Positions 32,025 through 40,480 of a stretch of DNA of 41,163 nt are shown here, piece after piece. The notes under the pieces were generated by a model. That model did no database searches and had not been told where the DNA came from. It saw nothing but the letters and a program-made list of their open reading frames with translations. Origin of the DNA: a virus; IMG/VR virus record IMGVR_UViG_3300045988_125200, positions 1 through 41,163 of that record. The stretch is one strand, 5' to 3'. The position numbers were made by a program, and so were the translations under genes. Numbering within the stretch: position 1 is the first letter of the stretch; each line of letters begins with the position of its first letter.

Positions 32025-32786
32025 TTATTTCTTCACCGTCTTAGCTCTAGTCAGGCATGCCGGTCCGAATCTCTCGTCCTGTTTCAGCTTTTCTTCTGCC
32101 TGGAATGCAACCACGGCTTTTTCAGTATTCGCTCCAAAGCTGCCATCGATGCTGTCTTTATATACGCCGTACCACTTCAGAAACATCTGCAAATGTTTCA
32201 CCTGGGTTCCCGTATCTTTAAGACCAAGATATCCCTTCGCTGGCAATGTTGGAAATGCGCCTGAATAAGTGGCCACGTTGCTCTTTTTCTGAATCACCCA
32301 GATAACGTTTGTGTCATACCTGAGAAGCTCCGGATCATAGTACCCAGTTCTTTTCTTGGATCCGGAATCTCTGACATACAATTTGCCATTCTTCAGGTCC
32401 GTGATAGCAAGATAATGACCGCCAGATGTCCAGAGATTGTCCTTTCCACCGTTTCTCTTTCCAACAACGAGAAAAATCGCCCACCAGTCGCCCTTAAGGC
32501 TTTTCATCTGTTCCATTGCTTTTTTCCAGGATGAGCCGCCAGTATGTTCCGGTGTGTAATACGTGCTCTTGAAGCCATAATGTTCCAGAGCAACTGTGAT
32601 GCCTGCACGGGTTGTTCCGGAAGAACCGAAAGCCCCTCTTCCAGATAACCATGCTGCCACCTGTTTTGGTGTGGTATAGGAAATGTTGCATGCGATAGAC
32701 GCAACGGAACACGGACCACAACCCGCCAGAGGCATCGATGTGCCGTTTACATAACCCTCTTTTGTCTGATCAAATGTTACACTCAT
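32025..32786 (-). CDS. Endolysin: N-terminal papain-like cysteine peptidase plus a C-terminal PG_binding_1 domain
   Basis: The Cys (AGCGPCSV) and His (GGHYLAI) contexts are present. The C-terminus is VKHLQMFLKWYGVYKDSIDGSFGANTEKAVVAFQ. The ATG at 32786 follows AAAGGAG. Confidence 0.8.
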   Translation of the reverse strand: MSVTFDQTKEGYVNGTSMPLAGCGPCSVASIACNISYTTPKQVAAWLSGRGAFGSSGTTRAGITVALEHYGFKSTYYTPEHTGGSSWKKAMEQMKSLKGDWWAIFLVVGKRNGGKDNLWTSGGHYLAITDLKNGKLYVRDSGSKKRTGYYDPELLRYDTNVIWVIQKKSNVATYSGAFPTLPAKGYLGLKDTGTQVKHLQMFLKWYGVYKDSIDGSFGANTEKAVVAFQAEEKLKQDERFGPACLTRAKTVKK

Positions 32787-32803
32787 AGAAATTCTCCTTT
32801 CAT

Positions 32804-32825
32804 AAAAAGGCACCCGAAGGTGCCC
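32804..32825 (-). terminator. Intrinsic terminator-like hairpin between the holin and endolysin genes
   Basis: The minus strand reads GGCACC-TTCG-GGTGCC followed by TTTTTAT. It lies 6 nt before the endolysin RBS. Confidence 0.6.
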
Positions 32826-32881
32826 ATACTTTATTCAATTTAGTTTAATCAACTCGTTTTCCAGTTTCTTCAACTGTTTCT

Positions 32882-33115
32882 TTAATTATTTTCACTTTCT
32901 ACTTCCGGAATACCCTGGATACTTGTCAGGATGGACAATACACCCGCCAGGATGGATGCAGAAGCAACATACTTCCAGTCAACCTGTCCCATAGCTGCAG
33001 CGGCACCGATGCCGCCAACAGCCGCCTGCGCAACTGTTTTTACTGCTCTGATACCCGCTGCCTTAAACCATTTCTTTGTATTTACATTTACATTCCATAC
33101 AGGATTCTTAAACAT
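32882..33115 (-). CDS. Holin (LL-H-like)
   Basis: Two TM-like segments are present (AVKTVAQAAVGGIGAAAAMG and ASASILAGVLSILTSI), with a charged C-terminus. It is adjacent to the endolysin gene. The start is uncertain (33115 or 33148). Confidence 0.65.
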   Translation of the reverse strand: MFKNPVWNVNVNTKKWFKAAGIRAVKTVAQAAVGGIGAAAAMGQVDWKYVASASILAGVLSILTSIQGIPEVESENN

Positions 33116-33116
33116 A

Positions 33117-33443
33117 TTAATCACTTTTCCTTTCGTTGTTGATTCCAAACTGTTTCACGATATCGTCAAGCCTGTGATGTGCAGATTTGGTTGAAGCATC
33201 AATCAATGCCACTTGTTTCTCGATGTCTGTAATTCTCTGATTCTGTGCTTTCTGGCCAAGACGCATCTCATTCACAGCCGACAAAATGCTGTCCTGCTTC
33301 ACATCCATCTTTGCAAAGGCAACCGATAAGTCTTTACTCTCTTTTGACTCTTTCGACTGGTCGTCTCTATGTTCCTTGTGAAAAGCAAGATATAGACTGA
33401 CCAGAATGGCCGCAGTAGAAATTATCAGCGGAATATATTGCAT
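33117..33443 (-). CDS. N-terminally membrane-anchored coiled-coil protein (lysis-associated?)
   Basis: An N-terminal TM segment (IPLIISTAAILVSLYLAF) is followed by a coiled coil. The RBS is GGGAGG. Confidence 0.55.
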   Translation of the reverse strand: MQYIPLIISTAAILVSLYLAFHKEHRDDQSKESKESKDLSVAFAKMDVKQDSILSAVNEMRLGQKAQNQRITDIEKQVALIDASTKSAHHRLDDIVKQFGINNERKSD

Positions 33444-33458
33444 ATGTAGCCTCCCTTC

Positions 33459-33851
33459 TTAGATTTCTTCCCAACCGTAGACGCCAGGTTCCCATACATT
33501 GCCATCAATCGTACTCTGCCACGTCTTGCCGTTATGTGTTACCTTATCTCCTTTGCTGTAGGGATTGGTGCTCTCCGGCTGCTCCCATTCCGGAATAACA
33601 TTTTTATCTGGAATTAAAACTTTGGCGAATAAAGACGGCGCTGCATCCGGTGCCCAGTCGGCCTGAGACGTATGGTCTGTTAGGACATTGTACAGGGTAT
33701 CGTTATACAGCACTCTTTCGCCTTTCTGATAATCTGTACCTACTTTCCACTTCGGATACAATGCTGATGCTTTCTGTGCCTGCTCATCTGTCGCAGAGTT
33801 TCTGAGTGTCACAAGTGCATCAATAATAGCTTTTGCTTCTTCAAGTGTCAT
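33459..33851 (-). CDS. Carbohydrate-binding (CBM5/12-like) protein
   Basis: Two Y..G..V.YN..(Y/W)......H.S...W.P-type repeats are present (GERVLYNDTLYNVLTDHTSQADWAP and GDKVTHNGKTWQSTIDGNVWEP). Confidence 0.55.
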   Translation of the reverse strand: MTLEEAKAIIDALVTLRNSATDEQAQKASALYPKWKVGTDYQKGERVLYNDTLYNVLTDHTSQADWAPDAAPSLFAKVLIPDKNVIPEWEQPESTNPYSKGDKVTHNGKTWQSTIDGNVWEPGVYGWEEI

Positions 33852-34189
33852 TACATCACCTCCTCTACCATGGCCAGAAAGTCGTCACCGGAAATATCTG
33901 TGTCCGCCTCATCTACAATATCTTTTGCTCCCTCAAAGATAGGCAGTGTCTTCAGATAAGCATAGGCTTTTCTGTCGGTCATGGCTCTGTCGTAATCCGT
34001 CTCATACGTGACTGCTTTCGTATATGGCTGAGCCATTGTATTGTCTTTTTCGGCCTCTCTGGCTTTTTCATTGACATATGACAGTACAGTTATAGATGTC
34101 TGCCTGTTTGGGGTTGTCTGATGGTACAGGATACGGTGATAGCAAGTCATTACACCATCATCCTGTACAATTTCTTTATAAAGTGCCAC
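33851..34189 (-). CDS. Hypothetical tail-fibre-associated protein
   Basis: 112 aa, with a GTG start after AAAGGAG. Confidence 0.5.
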   Translation of the reverse strand: MALYKEIVQDDGVMTCYHRILYHQTTPNRQTSITVLSYVNEKAREAEKDNTMAQPYTKAVTYETDYDRAMTDRKAYAYLKTLPIFEGAKDIVDEADTDISGDDFLAMVEEVM

Positions 34190-34201
34190 TTTGATTCTCC
34201 T

Positions 34202-36319
34202 TTATGAAAATGTGATGCGAATATTCGCTACAATACCAATCGGGCTGTTATTTGTCACGCCTGTATTATTGTCGAAAGACGCTCTAACATTGAATCCGAA
34301 AGCGTGCGTGACATCCGTTACTCTATATGAAGCCGGCTTGCAATAATTTGACGAATTATGCGGGTAACTGTTGTTCTGTCGAAGAACAAGGCCATTAATG
34401 CTCGATACCGATACGGTTGGGCTGCCGATGATCGGCTTCGAAAGTGGAACTAGGAATAAAATATCTTTTCCGCCTGTTGTCGCGTATCCAGATGTATGCA
34501 AATATACGTCGATAGTGTCACCTCGGTGGTAATAGGGGTGATACGATGCATCAGAAGCACCGCTAGATACGCCAAATGTTATGTCGTGACCACATATAAA
34601 AGTGCTACCGTATTTATCCGCATATTGCCCCCAACCAAGAACAGTATCGTTATTGACATTAACCAATTGCAGCATATTTCGTTGTACATTGTCTTTACAT
34701 GTAACAAAAAAACTTGAGCCTCCATTTTGACTACACCACATATTACCACCAAGACCAATATCCCTATTTGCATTGATATTGCCATTTGCATGAAATGTGC
34801 CATTGCACGCAACATCTCCATGAAATGAGGCACCACCGGAAAATCCAGAATCGCCATTCACCTGTAAATCCGAATTCATAGTGACTTTCTTTCTGAAGAT
34901 GGTTTCCAAAGCCACATCCAGCATATTGTCTATTTCCGGAATTTTTCCGATAGCGATAGCGAATCTCTTAACGATATACGACAGCAATCTGACGGCTGTA
35001 CCGATTTCTTTGTAGAACGAAGCCGTTCCGAAGCTATCTGTAACGACTAGTCCAACCTGATAAGTGCTGGCGGTGTTCAATATTGCTGTTGCAGATATAT
35101 ATGTTCCAGAATAGGTGTATTCTGTTTTAGAAATCAGACCACCCCATTTGCCATCATCATAGACAGAATATTTCAACAAACAATTTGCCTGGTTCTTGTT
35201 GTTCAGTGGTGAAACCGAATAGCCAAACGTGACTTTCAGATATTGACCGTTCGCATTAGCACTGCCATTCGCGTCTCCGCATCGGCTGCATTCGAAATGC
35301 GTGATCTGAGGCGGACTGTAGGCTAGAACTGTTATACTAACTGTTTTGCTGGCCGTTCTGCCTCGGCTGTCGGTAACCGTAACGGTCACAGCAACTGTGC
35401 CGGAATCCCGAACCACCTCGCCCATCGTATAAGTATCCTCAAGCCCACTGTAGGACTGTGAACCAATATTATAGACATACGACCGGATTGAGCTGCTATA
35501 GGAACCAGATGCTGATGCCACGATCTTGAGTTTTGATTTCGTCTGGACATAGCCGAAGTTCGACAAACCGCTAGCTGCTTCTGAAACAGTTATGGTAGAT
35601 ACGGATGGCGCTACTGAAGCCGGTATCGTGATATTCAGATTGACCGTCTGTGTGCCACCAATCTGCGTGCTGCCGTTATAAGTGTTCAAACCAATCGTGA
35701 TCGTGCCTTTCGTTGCTGTCTGATAACTGCTTGCGATGGCTAGAGGAAGTGTCCAACTATAATTGCTCTTTACGCCTGTTGCAAAGCGTGTCCAACTTCC
35801 AGTACCGATACGATAATAAATATTATGTGTCCATGAGCTAACTGCGGGTGAAATATTAATCGTGACTGCACTTCCTAAAGCCACAGAAGACGACGATAGA
35901 GTTGGCTTAGTTGCTCTTGGAATGGATTCGAGCTGAATACTACAACTGATAGAACCGCCAGACAAGTAGGATGAGCCAGATATTGAGAATGAACCGGAGC
36001 AGTCTAATTTTTTTGAACCGTCCGATCCATGGCTGATAGCCCCCGTCCAGGAGGCAAGTTGTACAGTCGCTTTGTTCCGGAAATCCATAGCCATTGTTTT
36101 GTTGACGACTTGTTTATTGTTGACGGTCATTTTAACTGTATTACCGGATGCATCCAGGTTGTAAGCTCCATAGCTTGAGCTGTCTGATTGTGCGTACATC
36201 TTAACTGTCACATTCGACTGATTTGTTGATGCATTACGTTTGTTCTGCGTTATAGTCATGTACAAATGATAGTGGCCGTTATAGCCGCATGGCACATGAT
36301 TACTTGCTGTTGAAGCCAT
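34202..36319 (-). CDS. Receptor-binding / tail fibre protein (DUF859-like N-terminus)
   Basis: 705 aa, Ser/Thr/Gly-rich and beta-rich. It lies downstream of the tail-tip gene. Confidence 0.65.
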   Translation of the reverse strand: MASTASNHVPCGYNGHYHLYMTITQNKRNASTNQSNVTVKMYAQSDSSSYGAYNLDASGNTVKMTVNNKQVVNKTMAMDFRNKATVQLASWTGAISHGSDGSKKLDCSGSFSISGSSYLSGGSISCSIQLESIPRATKPTLSSSSVALGSAVTINISPAVSSWTHNIYYRIGTGSWTRFATGVKSNYSWTLPLAIASSYQTATKGTITIGLNTYNGSTQIGGTQTVNLNITIPASVAPSVSTITVSEAASGLSNFGYVQTKSKLKIVASASGSYSSSIRSYVYNIGSQSYSGLEDTYTMGEVVRDSGTVAVTVTVTDSRGRTASKTVSITVLAYSPPQITHFECSRCGDANGSANANGQYLKVTFGYSVSPLNNKNQANCLLKYSVYDDGKWGGLISKTEYTYSGTYISATAILNTASTYQVGLVVTDSFGTASFYKEIGTAVRLLSYIVKRFAIAIGKIPEIDNMLDVALETIFRKKVTMNSDLQVNGDSGFSGGASFHGDVACNGTFHANGNINANRDIGLGGNMWCSQNGGSSFFVTCKDNVQRNMLQLVNVNNDTVLGWGQYADKYGSTFICGHDITFGVSSGASDASYHPYYHRGDTIDVYLHTSGYATTGGKDILFLVPLSKPIIGSPTVSVSSINGLVLRQNNSYPHNSSNYCKPASYRVTDVTHAFGFNVRASFDNNTGVTNNSPIGIVANIRITFS

Positions 36320-36333
36320 ATTATCTCACCTCC

Positions 36334-39300
36334 TTACAAGCCGATTAGTGACACAATTGTATCACCGTTGATATTTGTTTCTACCGTCCATGCGCTATCC
36401 GCAATACGCAGCTGATTAATGATTTCACAGGTTGTGTTGTACATTCGCTGATCAGAAATGTAGGCAACCTCATATCCATTTTGAAGGAACTGAATACGAT
36501 CGTTTCTGATACGAAGAATCAGCGGACTGGATGAATTACCCAAAAGAATATTGCCATCCTCGAAACGAATGTATTTTCGAATTTCATCAAACGCTGCATC
36601 CGAGCCGTCCGAATAATCGTTCAGCTGCTTAACGAGCTGATTAAATGTTACCTGCCATGAAGTTTTCGTCTGCTCAACTTCTGTATTAACAGAAGAAAGC
36701 AAGCTGTCTACATCATCTTTCATGTAAACTTTCTCATATACAGATGACTTGATGGCTTCTCCAGTCTGCTCAATATTACTGCTGACTTCCTGGCGAAGTT
36801 CGGTGAGTTTATCGTTGACATTGTCCGCTGTAGCAAGGTCTTCTGGTGCCGGCGTCCAATCGGTTGCTTTGTTGCCAGCTTCAGCTTTTAAACGACGCCA
36901 TCTTATTTTTCCTGTTCCAGATGAATAATCGCATCGAAAACCAACTATATAATTTGTTGCTTTTCCATCCCAGGTATTTGTAACTTTAAATAACCATGAC
37001 CCAGATTCAGTTCTTATTTCAGCCAGATGCGAAGCAAACGGATTAAGTTTATCCCACGTACCATCCGAAGACCCTCGTGACCATAATCCAAATGTACCTT
37101 CAGACGATTTAAACCCAGACCATTCAATTTCAATAGATGTAGTGAATACATCTCCTTTTTTAAAAGTATCGGGTACTACAATTTTAGTCACATCACGACA
37201 TATATTGACTCCAGTGCTAGGTATCCAATATTCAGACCATTCATTTGATGTTCCGACTGCATAATTTCTCCCACCAATTTGTAGATTGTCAAACTTTTTT
37301 GTTACATTCTGATTAATACTGTCAGCAGTAACTTTGATCTGAGCATCTGCGTAGGTCTTGGCACTCTTTAGAGTAGCATTTGCCGCTTCAGTCACTTCTT
37401 TCTTAGTTGCCCTCAGTTCAATCGCCTCAGAATTCTGCTTAATAGATGTTTCTGCATTCACTACCCGCTTAGTCAGAGCATTCACATCGTCCTGTGCCTT
37501 ATCAGCAGCTTTCTGGGCATCATCGGCAGCTTTCTTGGCATTGTCAGCTGCGGTCTTAGCTGTATCAGCTGCTTTCTGAGCATTCGATGCGTTCGTCTTT
37601 GCCGTATCGGCTGTGGACTGTGCAGTGGCTGCGTCCGTTTTAGCTTTGTCCGCGGCTGCTTGAGCATTAGCTACAGCTGTTTTTGCTGCTTCAACTTCTT
37701 CAGCAGTGGAATCCACTTTTCCAGACACTTCCTCAAGATTCTTCTTGGCAGTTACCAGATCTGCGGCTGCCTGGTCAGATTTCTTCTTGGCATCGTCAGC
37801 AGCTGCCTGAGCAGCGGTTGCGTTTGCTTTTGCAGTATTAGCAATGTCCTGTGCATCACTCGCTGTCTGGGCAGCATTATTAGCGGCTGTCTTGGCATCA
37901 CTAGCAGTCTTTACTGCATCTGCGGCTTTCTTCTGTGCATCTGAAGCATTCACTTTTGCTTCATTGGCAATAGTCTGTGCCGCTTCAGCTTTTGCACTTG
38001 CCTGATTAGCTGCGGTCTGGGCAAGTGATGCATTTTCTTTTGCAGCATCCGCAACATCCTGTGCACTACTGGCTTTTGTAGCGGCTGCATTGGCGTCACT
38101 CTGAGCCTTCTCGGCAGCGGCCTGTGCGGTGGTCACTGCTTTCTGTGCTTTAGCAATATCCCCTTCTGTGGCATCTACACGTCCCTTTACAGTGGCTAGA
38201 TTCTTCTGTGCTTCTGCCAGGTCCGTTTTAGCTTTATCCGCTACAGACTGTGCGTTTTCCGCTGCGGCTTTGGCAGTGTCAGCATTACTCTGTGCTGTCT
38301 GGGCTGCCTGTGAGGCTTCATCGGCTTTTGTCTGTGCGGCTGCCGCTTCTGAAGTTGCTTGATCTGCTTTTGTCTGCGCGGCTTCTGCCTTTGTCTGAGC
38401 TGTGGCAGCGAGGTCTGCGGCATTGTTAGCAGTTTCGTCAATCTTATTTACCTTGTTGACCGTTGAAGAAATCTCAGCAGCATTCTTCGAAATCTGTGAC
38501 TGCAATTTTGCTTCAGATTCTGTCAGTTCGGTCTTCTTTGCGTAGTTCGCCTCCATTGTTTCAGTCACGGTGGTCAGGTTCAAACTGAGATTGTCTATAT
38601 CTTTCCGAGCCTGTTCGGTTTCCGCTTTCGCTGCACTAGCCGTTTTACTTGCCTCTGTCGCTGCGCTTTTCGCTTCAGATGCATTATCTTTAGCTGTTTC
38701 AGCTGATTTAATGGCACTGTCCGCCTTTGTTTGTGCATCACTGGCGGCTGTTTTTGCATCACCGGCGGCCGCCTCTGCATTTTCAGAAGATGCTCTTGCT
38801 GTAGCAGCATCAGTCTTTGCTATGTCCGCTGCTTTCCAGGCATCATCGGCTGTTTTCTTTGCGGACGCAACTGTTTCCGTAATCTCAGCGACATCCTTTT
38901 TTACATCGCCTACATTGGATACAGCATTGTCAGCTTTCGTCTGTGCTTCACTCGCGGATGCAAGAGCCTCATCGGCCGCAGACTTGGCGTTCTCCGCCTG
39001 CTGCTTAGCCTGATTAGAAACTTCTTCGGCTAAATTTGCTTTAATCTTTGCCTGCTCTGCAGCCTTCCGAGCTTTTTCAACCTGTATCTGTAACGGTCCC
39101 TTCAACTGTTCATCTGATGCCGATCTGCCAGGTGCAGTCACCGTCGTAGTTAAACCACCATCAAAATCATGCACGATATTCATGCAGGGAACTGTCTTAG
39201 TCTCGCCATCGATAGCAATAGAAATCATATCCGTTGCATCTAAACGTGGATCACCTAAAAAACTCAGTGTTCCGGGATGATACATGTATCCTATGAGCTT

Positions 39301-40092
39301 ATTTTTCAAACTATCGAACAGTGGCTGCGTTATGTATGGATTTTCTACTGCTATTCCATTTCCGAGTCCGTCACTATCGGTATATACTGTGTCAGCATCG
39401 TCTCCGACCGAGACAGATATTTTTCCGACTTTATACACACCTTCCTCGAAACTATGTTCCATAGTGATCTGTTCCAGCACTTCGCGCGTAACTGTTGAAG
39501 GGAAAGAATTTATTCTAACGATGCCTGCACGGTCAACACAACAAAAGCCTCCTAAGAGGCCGGCTATGTCACCAAGTAAATCAAGACAAGTCGTATTTGA
39601 TGGCATTTTATTGATTGTCCCGGAAACGTTAAGCGATGTCGCGATCACGATACCTGTCTGTGCCGAAATATCATTCAGGACATCGCCAATCTTTGCCGGA
39701 TAACTTATCCGTGCTTTATAAGGTGACTGGCAAGCAGAAAATCTATCTGCTGCCTTTAAAGAAATTTTCCCCTGTGTCTTACTTATATTTTCCGAAGAAG
39801 CTGTAAAATAGCCAAGTGGTACGTATTCAATTGTATTGTCCTGTAGATAAAGGCCAATCTCAATGAATAATTCCTGATCAGCCAGAAACTGTCCTGTATC
39901 GGCAAGCACTATTTCTGCATAAGACGAAAAAACTGTTCCAAAAGAAAAAGCTGTGTCTCCACAGCTTCCCAGATTTATAGTCATTGTCAGAATCTCATCT
40001 TGAAATATTTTTTCACCCGTCGTAATTCGCGCTTTAAATCTCCGGCTTGTTTTTAATATTTCGCCGTTAAATACTTCTGATGTCTGATACAT
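36334..40092 (-). CDS. Tail tip / tail-associated structural protein with a very long Ala-rich coiled coil
   Basis: 1252 aa. An N-terminal tail-tip-like domain is followed by about 560 aa of A/K/Q/T/D heptad-like sequence, then a beta-rich C-terminal domain. Confidence 0.75.
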   Translation of the reverse strand: MYQTSEVFNGEILKTSRRFKARITTGEKIFQDEILTMTINLGSCGDTAFSFGTVFSSYAEIVLADTGQFLADQELFIEIGLYLQDNTIEYVPLGYFTASSENISKTQGKISLKAADRFSACQSPYKARISYPAKIGDVLNDISAQTGIVIATSLNVSGTINKMPSNTTCLDLLGDIAGLLGGFCCVDRAGIVRINSFPSTVTREVLEQITMEHSFEEGVYKVGKISVSVGDDADTVYTDSDGLGNGIAVENPYITQPLFDSLKNKLIGYMYHPGTLSFLGDPRLDATDMISIAIDGETKTVPCMNIVHDFDGGLTTTVTAPGRSASDEQLKGPLQIQVEKARKAAEQAKIKANLAEEVSNQAKQQAENAKSAADEALASASEAQTKADNAVSNVGDVKKDVAEITETVASAKKTADDAWKAADIAKTDAATARASSENAEAAAGDAKTAASDAQTKADSAIKSAETAKDNASEAKSAATEASKTASAAKAETEQARKDIDNLSLNLTTVTETMEANYAKKTELTESEAKLQSQISKNAAEISSTVNKVNKIDETANNAADLAATAQTKAEAAQTKADQATSEAAAAQTKADEASQAAQTAQSNADTAKAAAENAQSVADKAKTDLAEAQKNLATVKGRVDATEGDIAKAQKAVTTAQAAAEKAQSDANAAATKASSAQDVADAAKENASLAQTAANQASAKAEAAQTIANEAKVNASDAQKKAADAVKTASDAKTAANNAAQTASDAQDIANTAKANATAAQAAADDAKKKSDQAAADLVTAKKNLEEVSGKVDSTAEEVEAAKTAVANAQAAADKAKTDAATAQSTADTAKTNASNAQKAADTAKTAADNAKKAADDAQKAADKAQDDVNALTKRVVNAETSIKQNSEAIELRATKKEVTEAANATLKSAKTYADAQIKVTADSINQNVTKKFDNLQIGGRNYAVGTSNEWSEYWIPSTGVNICRDVTKIVVPDTFKKGDVFTTSIEIEWSGFKSSEGTFGLWSRGSSDGTWDKLNPFASHLAEIRTESGSWLFKVTNTWDGKATNYIVGFRCDYSSGTGKIRWRRLKAEAGNKATDWTPAPEDLATADNVNDKLTELRQEVSSNIEQTGEAIKSSVYEKVYMKDDVDSLLSSVNTEVEQTKTSWQVTFNQLVKQLNDYSDGSDAAFDEIRKYIRFEDGNILLGNSSSPLILRIRNDRIQFLQNGYEVAYISDQRMYNTTCEIINQLRIADSAWTVETNINGDTIVSLIGL

Positions 40093-40102
40093 AACTCACC
40101 TC

Positions 40103-40471
40103 TTACAACTCTATCAGATTGACGCCGACGCCGGTATACCTTGAAAAACCATCTACATATGAATACACAGGATAAGACGGATCATTAGCATACATTACCT
40201 TTTCAACCGTCCGCCCTTTTGAATCGGACGGATCCACATACTTAACTCTGATTGAAGTATTTTCCACAATAGAATCCAAAAGTGCGCTATTCTCCTGGCT
40301 CATTGTTTTCCATTCAATCTGCAGTTTATCTTTAATGGCCACAATATCACCGATGAATGTACCTGTGCTACTTCGACCGGTGTTTTTTGACCATACTTTA
40401 TTTTTTGTGATTGTCAGCTTAGACGGTGTGGGCATTGCCACACCGTCGAGCCATAATACTGTGTTTGCCAT
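40103..40471 (-). CDS. Short distal-tail / minor tail protein
   Basis: 122 aa with RBS GGGAGG, immediately after the tape measure stop. Confidence 0.6.
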   Translation of the reverse strand: MANTVLWLDGVAMPTPSKLTITKNKVWSKNTGRSSTGTFIGDIVAIKDKLQIEWKTMSQENSALLDSIVENTSIRVKYVDPSDSKGRTVEKVMYANDPSYPVYSYVDGFSRYTGVGVNLIEL

Positions 40472-40480
40472 TTTGCCTCC

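Noticed and set aside
31863-32268. Two overlapping plus-strand ORFs (133 and 131 aa) after the integrase
   Set aside because: They run antisense into the endolysin gene and across the attP and terminator region. They have no RBS and no recognisable motifs.
37358-39033. Several plus-strand ORFs (for example 38570..39013) rich in Ala/Ser/Cys/Phe
   Set aside because: They lie antisense to the Ala-rich coiled-coil region of the 1252-aa tail protein. GCN-rich repeats keep the opposite strand open by chance.
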